From positions 1 to 13,579 of the IMG/VR virus record IMGVR_UViG_2695420792_000010: a stretch of DNA of 13,579 bases; one strand, written 5' to 3'. Below, piece by piece: positions 1-6,713 of this stretch. How positions within the stretch are numbered: position 1 is the stretch's first letter; every line of letters starts with the position of its first letter. The position numbers and the translations under genes were made by a program. The notes under the pieces are model-generated. The model did not search any database. It saw only the letters and a list, made by a program, of their open reading frames with translations, and was not told the DNA's origin. The stretch comes from a virus. Lineage: Duplodnaviria; Heunggongvirae; Uroviricota; Caudoviricetes.

Positions 1-708
1 CCGTTCGCCGGTTGCCCCGACAGGGCCGGTGTCACCGCGCTCTCCCTTATCACCCTTCGGCCCCTGAGGACCCGCGGGCCCCTGTTCCCCCTTTGGCCCG
101 GGAGGTCCCACCACGGTGGGGATTCTGTTTACGGCTTCTTCCGCCGCTATCCTGCTTTGTTCCGCTGACTGTGCGCTTTCTGCTGACTCCCGGGCTTTTT
201 CTGTTGCGGTCGTTGCATCCCTGGCTGCATTACCGGCTGCACTTTCTGCCGTCTTTCTTGACAATTCAGCTTCTGCTGCACTTTGTGATGACTCACTGGC
301 TTTTTGAGCGGCCGCAGAAGCCGAGGACGAGGACGCATCCTCTGACTGCTTTGCTGAGGCTGCACTTTCTGCCGCCTGCCGGGCTGACTCCGATGCCTCC
401 CCTGCTGAAGTGTCAGCATTTGCAGCGCTCTCTTCTGCCTGACTGGCTGATATGCCGGCATTCCTCGCTGACGTCTCCGCCTCTCCGGCATTCTTCTTCG
501 CCTCCTCAGCGTGACGCGCCACCTCTTCCACCATCAGTTCAAAACGGCGCAGTGCCTCCGGCCGGACGTCATCCTCCGACATGGCACCGAGAAAATCATT
601 CAGCGTACCGGGTTGAGAATCTTCATACACGGTGATGGTCCCGGCATGTGACGGCGGGAATCCCTCCACCAACAGAATAACGCTGTACTGACCGTACTCA
701 ACGTCCAT
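1..708 (-). CDS. Side tail fiber (Stf-like) protein, 5'-truncated fragment; the ORF runs off the window start
   Basis: Minus-strand frame is open from 783 to 1 with no stop (checked codon by codon). Translation MDVEYGQYSVILLVEGFPPSHAGTITVYEDSQPGTLNDFLGAMSEDDVRPEALRRFELMVEEVARHAEEAKK... matches the conserved N-terminal region of lambda-family Stf proteins as I recall them, but the first ~45 Stf residues are absent. Window-proximal part encodes Gly-X-Y collagen-like repeats (GPPGPKGEQGPAGPQGPKGDKGERGDTGPVGATGER). First in-frame ATG is at 708; an in-frame stop lies upstream at 784-786. Confidence 0.7.
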   Translation of the reverse strand, partial: MDVEYGQYSVILLVEGFPPSHAGTITVYEDSQPGTLNDFLGAMSEDDVRPEALRRFELMVEEVARHAEEAKKNAGEAETSARNAGISASQAEESAANADTSAGEASESARQAAESAASAKQSEDASSSSASAAAQKASESSQSAAEAELSRKTAESAAGNAARDATTATEKARESAESAQSAEQSRIAAEEAVNRIPTVVGPPGPKGEQGPAGPQGPKGDKGERGDTGPVGATGER

Positions 709-773
709 GCTGTAACGCCCGGCTTCATCCGGATTTACTGAGGGCAAAAATACAGAATCCGGTGTCAATAAGC

Positions 774-1676
774 TTACCTTCGGTTAGCGTATGTATTTTT
801 CCAGTAATACGTCGTGTCACCACAAATCCACGGCACATCTGCAGCACTGCCACCATGGCACTGCGCGTTAAACACGGAGAGGTCAGCACGAAACTGTGTC
901 AGCATGGCTGTAAACAGCGCAGGTTGCTGTGCGTGGGTGGCGGCGCTCATGTCAAACTCTCCCTGCATCCAGCACACCGCCAGCAACACATTTTTCGGGT
1001 TCTTCTGTAATGCAGCTTTAGTGCGCGCAATCAGGTCCTGATATAACGGTTTACCCACACCCCAGCGCGCCGAATCCTGGCTGGCCCCCGTGTCCGCACT
1101 GAATGTCCCCTCAGCGCCCTGGGTGAATGCAGAACCACCACGACAGCATGGTACCAGCAGGATCCCCGCGTTATTCGGGATATACGGAAGCAGTTTTTTG
1201 GCAATATGTAAGCCCTGGCCGACACAGCCGTACTGCCCTTTGCTCAGGTCTGCCTTCGGATGATTCAGCGTACTCATATCCTGCACATCATGCAGGCAGT
1301 GGTCGGCCGGAATAATATCGTTATATCTGCAGGCAGCCCCACCCGGCGTCACTGTACTGCGGCGCGCCAGCTGTTTAATGCGCGGATCCGGAGCATCGTA
1401 TGAATCCGGCAGCGGAAGCCCTTCACCGTAAGCCATGGCATTGGACTGCCCGGCCAGTACGATGACGTAGTACCAATCCGGCTCAGTTGCACCACTGACC
1501 ACCACATCACCTTCTGCTGTAATCGCCTGCATCAGAGTATAAGGGGTTATGGCCACCGGACTACCAAACGGCTGCCAGCCCTCTTTCAGTTTATGTGTCA
1601 GCTTTTCCGCAAGATCTGATGGCGACGCCGCCCTGACAACATCATAGTGTTTAAATTCCATGGTTCTTTCCACCAT
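774..1676 (-). CDS. Prophage NanS-p-like sialate O-acetylesterase (DUF1737-like N-terminus plus SASA/GDSL-like esterase domain), short relative to typical NanS-p
   Basis: 300-aa ORF. N-terminus MEFKHYDVVRAASPSDLAEKLTHKLKEGWQPFG resembles the DUF1737 domain of prophage NanS-p; VIVLAGQSNAMAYGEG carries the GQSN esterase motif. ATG at 1676 has no Shine-Dalgarno; the ATG at 1661 is preceded by GGTGGAAAG and may be the true start. Stop TAA at 774-776. The family's C-terminal domain appears to be missing (recollection of family architecture). Confidence 0.7.
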   Translation of the reverse strand: MVERTMEFKHYDVVRAASPSDLAEKLTHKLKEGWQPFGSPVAITPYTLMQAITAEGDVVVSGATEPDWYYVIVLAGQSNAMAYGEGLPLPDSYDAPDPRIKQLARRSTVTPGGAACRYNDIIPADHCLHDVQDMSTLNHPKADLSKGQYGCVGQGLHIAKKLLPYIPNNAGILLVPCCRGGSAFTQGAEGTFSADTGASQDSARWGVGKPLYQDLIARTKAALQKNPKNVLLAVCWMQGEFDMSAATHAQQPALFTAMLTQFRADLSVFNAQCHGGSAADVPWICGDTTYYWKNTYANRR

Positions 1677-1920
1677 CTGAAAAATAATTCTTTAAAATAC
1701 CTGACATGTAATACAGAAAAAACACAAAACCATACCTTAAATAAAAACCTGATTATCAAGCAGATATGCATGGATAAACTACAAGACGAGATATAAACCA
1801 CCCTGTATTTAAATAAACAATAAACAACATCAGAAAAATAATTCTGCTCTATGGTTTAATTCAAAAATATCATTTATACTTTTCAGAACATCACCAGCAA
1901 GGCATAAACAAGGAAAGTAA

Positions 1921-2256
1921 ATGAAGTGGATTGTGATTGATACAGTTATCCAGCCATCATGCGGAATATCTTTTTCAGTCATATGGAGTAAAATAAAATT
2001 AATAATCTGGTATCAATCGGATGCTTTCTTACCTCCTGAAAGTATATTTACACTGACTCACACAGGTATCATGCTCAATAACAAAGTGCTACCTGTAACC
2101 ATTTACAACATAGTACCATTCAATAAAACATTCTGGAATTTAATCAAAAACAGCCAGGAATGCCCTACAAATACAGATAACGTATTGAATGAATGCTTTA
2201 ATAACCGTTGCACTCTGCAAATATGTCCTTATGGGCTAAAACAACAAAATCCATAA
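1921..2256 (+). CDS. Hypothetical AT-rich ORF (111 aa), no recognisable family
   Basis: ATG preceded by AAGGAAAG Shine-Dalgarno-like sequence 4 nt upstream; AT-rich codon usage; Ile/Asn-rich product with 6 Cys. Could be chance translation of AT-rich DNA. Confidence 0.2.
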   Translation: MKWIVIDTVIQPSCGISFSVIWSKIKLIIWYQSDAFLPPESIFTLTHTGIMLNNKVLPVTIYNIVPFNKTFWNLIKNSQECPTNTDNVLNECFNNRCTLQICPYGLKQQNP

Positions 2257-2280
2257 GGAGTTTACTCACATCTGACAAAA

Positions 2281-2311
2281 TCAATATAAACAGCCCCTCC
2301 GGAGAGGGGCT
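2281..2311. terminator. GC-rich hairpin (8-bp perfect stem AGCCCCTC / GAGGGGCT, loop CGGA); U-run follows on the minus strand
   Basis: Stem 2292-2299 pairs with 2304-2311. On the minus strand the hairpin is followed by TTTATATTGATTTT; on the plus strand there is no U-run. Lies 36 nt after the stop of the 1921..2256 ORF. Confidence 0.35.
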
Positions 2312-2703
2312 GGAGAGTGGCGCTATGTGCCATTGCATGGTGCCGAGTGCCTCCCGGTGAATTCAGTACCAGCACCTGAATCCGCGATTATCCCATATAC
2401 CTACTCGCTGATTGCCCCTCCGCACAGGGGGATTCACCATGCCAGTTTCTTTTAACAAACTCCCCGCAAACCAGACAACAGTCAACCGCCTGAATTGTGA
2501 AGTATTTAAAAATTTCTCCCGCTAACTGATACCCGGCTAACAGTCTGGCGTTTTCTTTTTCAGCAACGGGAAAGCAACAACCACCACACCCGCCACCAGC
2601 ACACCGTCAGCCAGCACTGACATTATCCGGCTGCTGCAATGCCATTCACAAAAACAGTAAGCAATCACTTTTTACCGTAACAGGTGATAATCCAGATATG
2701 TAT

Positions 2704-3030
2704 CTACCCCAGATGAGTAATCCGAAGTTCATCCATACCACAGGTCCTGGCTATTCTGTTGTACTCCTGAACAAGAGCAAATAATTCTGAATTAGCAACC
2801 ATGAACTCATCGCAAACCCTCTGTATAGCATCACTATTCAGAATAATAACGTCTCTTCCCGAAAGACGATCAGGAGTACAGAACAAAACTGTCAAACGGC
2901 TGAAGGCCTTTGCTCGTGCTGCATTGACTATATCAATACGCTGCCTAAGGATGAAACACCCCGACGCCTCATCAATATTCACTCTACCCACACCATATGA
3001 ATGATAAATATTTAATGCTGAAAAAACCAT
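2704..3030 (-). CDS. Hypothetical AT-rich ORF (about 108 aa from the first ATG; ORF track gives a TTG start at 3057)
   Basis: Open frame ending ...ELRITHLG with stop TAG at 2704; no Shine-Dalgarno identified; no family recognised. May be a gene fragment. Confidence 0.15.
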   Translation of the reverse strand: MVFSALNIYHSYGVGRVNIDEASGCFILRQRIDIVNAARAKAFSRLTVLFCTPDRLSGRDVIILNSDAIQRVCDEFMVANSELFALVQEYNRIARTCGMDELRITHLG

Positions 3031-3167
3031 TAGACCGTATAACAAATATTCAATCAATACTTAACAGAACTTTTATTTTTGACAAACATATAATATTTTC
3101 AACAATATCCTGAGCCAGGTATATTTCAGTATAAGGCTCTGCCGGAAGGAATCTGGAAGAATGAATA

Positions 3168-3244
3168 TGGCGCGCTGTACTGGATTCGAACCAGTGACCG
3201 ATTGCTTAGAAGGCAATTGCTCTGTCCGGCTGAGCTAACAACGC
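3168..3244 (-). tRNA. tRNA-Arg, anticodon UCU (reads AGA), phage-borne
   Basis: Reverse complement GCGTTGTTAGCTCAGCCGGACAGAGCAATTGCCTTCTAAGCAATCGGTCACTGGTTCGAATCCAGTACAGCGCGCCA. 7-bp acceptor stem (one G-U pair), anticodon stem ATTGC/GCAAT with loop CTTCTAA (anticodon TCT), T-arm GGTTCGAATCC, encoded CCA. Confidence 0.85.
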
Positions 3245-3345
3245 TGAATACCGATAATGGACCGCCATCGGGGACCCGCCCCCCGCACCAACAACCCTGT
3301 TATCGTGTCGTCTGCTCTTCCTGATAAGCTAATGGCGGTTTGTGA

Positions 3346-3421
3346 TGGTGGCCCTTGCTGGATTTGAACCAGCGACCTGGCGATTATGAGTCGCTCGCTC
3401 TCACCACTGAGCTAAAGGGCC
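3346..3421 (-). tRNA. tRNA with CAU anticodon (tRNA-Ile2 lysidine type or tRNA-Met), phage-borne
   Basis: Reverse complement GGCCCTTTAGCTCAGTGGTGAGAGCGAGCGACTCATAATCGCCAGGTCGCTGGTTCAAATCCAGCAAGGGCCACCA. Perfect 7-bp acceptor stem GGCCCTT/AAGGGCC, anticodon loop CTCATAA, T-arm GGTTCAAATCC, encoded CCA. Resembles E. coli ileX-type tRNA (recollection). Confidence 0.85.
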
Positions 3422-3454
3422 GGGAGCAGAATAATAACGATCCGTAATTAATTT

Positions 3455-3489
3455 CGCAATAAAAAACCCGCTCAGCGGCGGGTTGTAGA
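3455..3489 (-). terminator. Intrinsic terminator (tR'-like) downstream of the late promoter
   Basis: Stem CCCGC (3467-3471) / GCGGG (3478-3482), extendable by flanking pairs; followed on the minus strand by TTTTTT (complement of 3461-3466). Confidence 0.55.
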
Positions 3490-3531
3490 AACTCTTCTAA
3501 CGTCAGGCATAAAACGCCCATCGTTATGACG

Positions 3532-3559
3532 AATTTACCACAGATTCCGGAAAAATCAA
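3532..3559 (-). promoter_or_regulatory. pR'-like late promoter immediately downstream of the Q gene
   Basis: Minus strand reads TTGATT (-35, complement of 3554-3559), 16-nt spacer ending TGG (extended -10 TG), TAAATT (-10, complement of 3532-3537). Predicted start near 3525 gives a ~65-nt RNA ending at the terminator. Confidence 0.45.
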
Positions 3560-3564
3560 CCTTG

Positions 3565-4386
3565 TTACCTAGTTACCTTTTTTAACTGCCGCTCAGCCCA
3601 TGCTTCTTCAATATCAAACCGGGTCACCAGCGCATCATAAAATTTCTTAACTGTTTTTTCCCATGACGCGCGTGTTATCTGGTTTGTCACCTCGCATATA
3701 GCATTAAATGCCTCCGTTGATGGTAGTCTTTCATAGCCACGACCACCACAACGCTGGCAGTCTCTGATAACAGGCATACCACGTTTTACCGACTCTTCAC
3801 GATGAATGGCGACACCACGCCCACGGCAATCCTTACAGCCGGTGGAAACCTCACCCTTTCCGCCACACTCCGGACAGGCAACTTTTACCACCTCCCTGAC
3901 TTTTTTCCATTCTTCCCAGTAAGACGGATACACACCTTTCGTACACTTTGCCCATACCGGCGGCTTACCATCCGGATACTGGACCTTGTTTGTAAAAACT
4001 ATGCTTTCAATAAATTTTTCCCCATAGCAACAAGGGCACTGCTTTTTACTCGCTGCGCTGCGGGCATAATCCTCAAAAGCGTACGAAGCCATAATGCGCA
4101 TCACTACCGGTTTTATTTCTGCCGGAAGTTTTCTCAACGCCGCCACACGATCGCACCGACTGAGTGCATAATCTGCCAGTAATTCTGTTGCCCGCGCCCT
4201 GTCATTCATACTGATGCCCATTTTCCCCAGGAACGCAGAAAAACCCATCTCAGCCCGATTCTGTGTCATGCCCTGCGCGGCCATCACATCAGTGATACTC
4301 AGCGCATCTTTTGACGTTGAGGCCGATGCATCGGTCAGGCCAGGGGATTTTGGGGAGTAGTATTTCGGTAAATCTTCCAGTTTCAT
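3565..4386 (-). CDS. Late-gene antitermination protein Q (phage 82/Qin QuuQ-type)
   Basis: 273-aa ORF with ATG start. N-terminus LPKYYSPKSPGLTDASASTSKDALSITDVMAAQGM resembles the QuuQ-type Q family as recalled. Multiple CxxC motifs (CPCC, CPECGGKG, CKDCRGRG, CQRCGGRG) consistent with Zn-binding. Position just upstream of the late promoter, terminator and tRNAs fits. Confidence 0.75.
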   Translation of the reverse strand: MKLEDLPKYYSPKSPGLTDASASTSKDALSITDVMAAQGMTQNRAEMGFSAFLGKMGISMNDRARATELLADYALSRCDRVAALRKLPAEIKPVVMRIMASYAFEDYARSAASKKQCPCCYGEKFIESIVFTNKVQYPDGKPPVWAKCTKGVYPSYWEEWKKVREVVKVACPECGGKGEVSTGCKDCRGRGVAIHREESVKRGMPVIRDCQRCGGRGYERLPSTEAFNAICEVTNQITRASWEKTVKKFYDALVTRFDIEEAWAERQLKKVTR

Positions 4387-4400
4387 TTTTTGACCTGCTC

Positions 4401-4757
4401 TTAATGCATTATGGGGTAAATCTTCACCCCCAGACGTCCACCAGATACTGGCTGACCACGAACGATATTGATTTCATCAAACTGCTCATCGTCCATTAAC
4501 ACTCCCGCATGCGTCAGCGCATCCAGCGGTGCTTTCAGAATATTGTCCAGGTCACGACGGCGCTTATCCGGTGGCTCTGCAGTGATTCTGATTGCCAGCC
4601 TTCCGGACAGGTTTAATTTCAGTCGCTGCTGGCGAACAATAAGCGCCACATCCCGGCGATAACGCTCACCGGCTTTTGATACAAAATATGTGCTGCCACG
4701 ACGTCGCCAGTAGGTGTTCACCGTCGGCGGATAAGGCAAAACAAACTCTATACGCAT
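4401..4757 (-). CDS. rusA: Holliday junction resolvase RusA
   Basis: 118 aa; PPTVNTYWRRRGSTYFVSKAGERYRRDV and DKRRRDLDNILKAPLDALTHAGVLMDDEQ match the RusA family pattern (recollection of E. coli RusA). AAGAGG Shine-Dalgarno 6 nt before the ATG. Confidence 0.85.
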   Translation of the reverse strand: MRIEFVLPYPPTVNTYWRRRGSTYFVSKAGERYRRDVALIVRQQRLKLNLSGRLAIRITAEPPDKRRRDLDNILKAPLDALTHAGVLMDDEQFDEINIVRGQPVSGGRLGVKIYPIMH

Positions 4758-4769
4758 CAGTAACCTCTT

Positions 4770-5819
4770 TTACCCGAGCACGCCGGTTGCAAAGGCGTGC
4801 TCAAGAAAACGAAAAATTAAATCAACCTGAGAACCATGCTTTTCTTCGAACGCCAGCGGATCCGCATGAAGCTCGTTGTGATGCTCCCGACACAGCGGTA
4901 GCGTGAAAATATCGTGAGATTTTGTCCCCATTCCGCCCTGACCATGACCAATCAGGTGATGGGGATCGTCGGCTGGCTTACCACAACACGCACACGGCTG
5001 TGTCTTCACCCAGCGTGTGTATTTCTCGTTAACCCAGCGGCGACGTTTAGGTCGTTTCATGAAAGATTCCGGAGACTCAGGATCAACGGCAATACTGACC
5101 ACCGTCTTTTCCTGTGGTGGGTTCTGTTGCTGGTGGACGTGAGGCAATAACGCAATATTTTTTGTGCGCTGCTTCAGTATGCTGGTGGCTGTCTGCTCTC
5201 CCGGTATGATGTCGCTTTCACTGTACACAGAGCGAATTTTTTCCGCACGCAACCCCAGAGAACGACGTAATACTGCCTCCGGAAGCGCGTCCGCCACCTG
5301 ATTGCAGACCGCCCACCAGGATAATTCAGCCAGCGATAATTCCCGCTCCTGTGTGCCATTCATTGCGTGACGAATGACGTCAATCATCCATGCTGACAAG
5401 TTTTGGTGAGCAAGTTGCTCAAGTGATTCGGAGGTCTGGTCACGCAGCTGGTTGTCGCAGTGCCAGCATAACACCATTGCGCCGGTACCATAACGGTGAA
5501 TGACGGTTTCACTGTGGTGATAATCGCCGTGTGGCCACTGGCAGGATTTAACATGGCGCAGTAACCAGTCAGACAATGCGCCAGCGCCACCAGCAGCACG
5601 AATCACTCGTTCGTCGCTGAAAAATGGCAGTAATGATTTATCCTCCGCCAGCGGCTGGCGAACGGCAGGAACGACCCCGGACGACAGATTACGCATGCTT
5701 TTCGGTTCCGGCTCCACCAGTACCCGGGTATTGTGGAATACCGGCATGGATTCACGGCCCGGCTTAACGATCACCAGCCCGAGTTCCGGTACCAGAACAG
5801 GTCGAAGTAATACCCGCAC
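4770..5819 (-). CDS. DUF968-family phage protein (YdfU-like) with C-terminal HNH/Zn-finger-like motif
   Basis: 349-aa ORF, GTG start at 5819 one nt after the upstream stop. C-terminal CACCGKPADDPHHLIGHG...LCREHHNELH resembles an HNH-like motif. Same length as Qin YdfU as I recall. Confidence 0.65.
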   Translation of the reverse strand: MRVLLRPVLVPELGLVIVKPGRESMPVFHNTRVLVEPEPKSMRNLSSGVVPAVRQPLAEDKSLLPFFSDERVIRAAGGAGALSDWLLRHVKSCQWPHGDYHHSETVIHRYGTGAMVLCWHCDNQLRDQTSESLEQLAHQNLSAWMIDVIRHAMNGTQERELSLAELSWWAVCNQVADALPEAVLRRSLGLRAEKIRSVYSESDIIPGEQTATSILKQRTKNIALLPHVHQQQNPPQEKTVVSIAVDPESPESFMKRPKRRRWVNEKYTRWVKTQPCACCGKPADDPHHLIGHGQGGMGTKSHDIFTLPLCREHHNELHADPLAFEEKHGSQVDLIFRFLEHAFATGVLG

Positions 5820-5820
5820 G

Positions 5821-6099
5821 TTACCTCCAGATGCGTTGCTGGAATGTGCGGGACGGACGCGGTGGGCGTTCGGAGTAAGGAAGCCTGACGGAGATTATCC
5901 AGTGACGGTAGTCGAGGCTAAGGGCTTTTTTAACCTCGTATCCGCGCCTGCGGTAACACTGAATTATCCATTCAGCCTGCTCTTCAGTGCATGGCGGATG
6001 CTGGAACCAGTCCGATTTGAATGCATGAAAACGCCGTCCGCACCTGCTGGCAAAGAGGGCAGAATCATCAGAATTGTGTAATTTGGTATCGTGCGCCAT
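5821..6099 (-). CDS. Hypothetical phage early-region protein (92 aa from first ATG; ORF track extends to a TTG at 6210)
   Basis: ORF ending ...RTFQQRIWR with stop TAA at 5821-5823; first ATG at 6099 gives MAHDTKLHNSDD...; no family confidently recognised. Confidence 0.4.
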   Translation of the reverse strand: MAHDTKLHNSDDSALFASRCGRRFHAFKSDWFQHPPCTEEQAEWIIQCYRRRGYEVKKALSLDYRHWIISVRLPYSERPPRPSRTFQQRIWR

Positions 6100-6364
6100 C
6101 GGTTGTCTCTGCTGGCGCAGCAGGTGCCAGTTGTTCAGGCTGGCGTATAAAGTATAAATAAACTGGTTCCAGTGTAAAGCCCCTACATTAATGGAATAAA
6201 AGTCAAACAACAGATTGCTGGGATAAACACAACGCTTATTATTAAAAGCGATTAGATAAATTAAATTTTAATGTTATGCAATTTTACCAGATCACCATAA
6301 CATCTCGTTTGAAACCACCGAAACAACAACCATATCAATATTGATTATGTTAAAGTGAGTAAAT

Positions 6365-6451
6365 ATGGAAAACAACAAATCTGCACATTACGCTCCTTTT
6401 TTATCTGTGATACTTTTTGTTTTATGCTGTGTGTGGGCATTATTTTTATAA
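6365..6451 (+). CDS. Small hydrophobic ORF (28 aa: MENNKSAHYAPFLSVILFVLCCVWALFL), convergent with hok
   Basis: ATG at 6365 with weak GAG Shine-Dalgarno (AAGTGAGTAAAT ATG); stop TAA 6449-6451. Single predicted transmembrane-like segment. Not in the ORF track because it is under 60 aa. Confidence 0.2.
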   Translation: MENNKSAHYAPFLSVILFVLCCVWALFL

Positions 6452-6460
6452 AAATATTTA

Positions 6461-6489
6461 CAGATAAAATAAACCCGCCGAAGCGGGTT
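6461..6489 (-). terminator. Intrinsic terminator of the hok transcript
   Basis: Stem AACCCGC (6472-6478) / GCGGGTT (6483-6489), loop CGAA; followed on the minus strand by TATTTTAT (complement of 6461-6471). Confidence 0.5.
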
Positions 6490-6557
6490 AAGCGCGGGTG
6501 CGTTGAGGATGCCTGACACATCAGAGGCGGCGAGGGATTTCTCCCTCGCCAGGTCTC

Positions 6558-6713
6558 TTACTCCTCAGGTTCGTAAGCTGTGAAGACAGCGACCTCCGTC
6601 TGGCCGGTTCGGATTCGTACCTCGCAGAGGTCTTTCCTCGTTACCAGTGCCGTCACTATGACGGTTAAACAGATGACGATAAGGGCGATTAACATCGCCT
6701 TTTGCTGCTTCAT
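6558..6713 (-). CDS. hok: Hok/Gef-family type I toxin (HokD/RelF-like small membrane toxin)
   Basis: 51-aa product MKQQKAMLIALIVICLTVIVTALVTRKDLCEVRIRTGQTEVAVFTAYEPEE matches the Hok/Gef family and, as I recall, HokD (RelF) almost exactly. AAGGAGA Shine-Dalgarno 8 nt upstream. An in-frame upstream ATG at 6770 would add 19 codons (MSHKCRLASYVPKGKEKQA). Confidence 0.85.
   Translation of the reverse strand: MKQQKAMLIALIVICLTVIVTALVTRKDLCEVRIRTGQTEVAVFTAYEPEE

Noticed and set aside
12-635. 207-aa plus-strand ORF (proline-rich), plus the 116..307 plus-strand and 147..491 minus-strand ORFs
   Set aside because: They lie opposite or out of frame to the Stf-like tail fiber coding sequence; the collagen-like triplet periodicity keeps alternative frames open. 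Products are low-complexity with no start signals.
762-1315. Plus-strand ORFs 762..1010, 814..1041, 1127..1315 and minus-strand ORF 1031..1225
   Set aside because: All sit antisense or out of frame inside the esterase-like gene, which has coherent domain motifs in its own frame.
1677-3167. Shiga toxin (stxA/stxB) genes in the Q-tRNA-esterase interval
   Set aside because: No translation in any frame resembles Stx A or B subunits as I recall them; the interval holds only weak ORFs.
3802-4182. 126-aa plus-strand ORF
   Set aside because: Antisense to the Q antiterminator gene; no ribosome-binding site; Q-frame translation has recognisable motifs.
4311-4662. Plus-strand ORFs 4311..4499 and 4468..4662
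   Set aside because: Antisense to Q and rusA.
4676-6081. Plus-strand ORFs 4676..4906, 4914..5150 and 5695..6081; minus-strand ORFs 5174..5359 and 5384..5599
   Set aside because: Antisense or out of frame within the DUF968 and neighbouring genes.
5821-6210. TTG-initiated 129-aa version of the ORF upstream of the DUF968 gene
   Set aside because: The TTG start has no ribosome-binding site; the first ATG (6099) was preferred, though the true start is uncertain.
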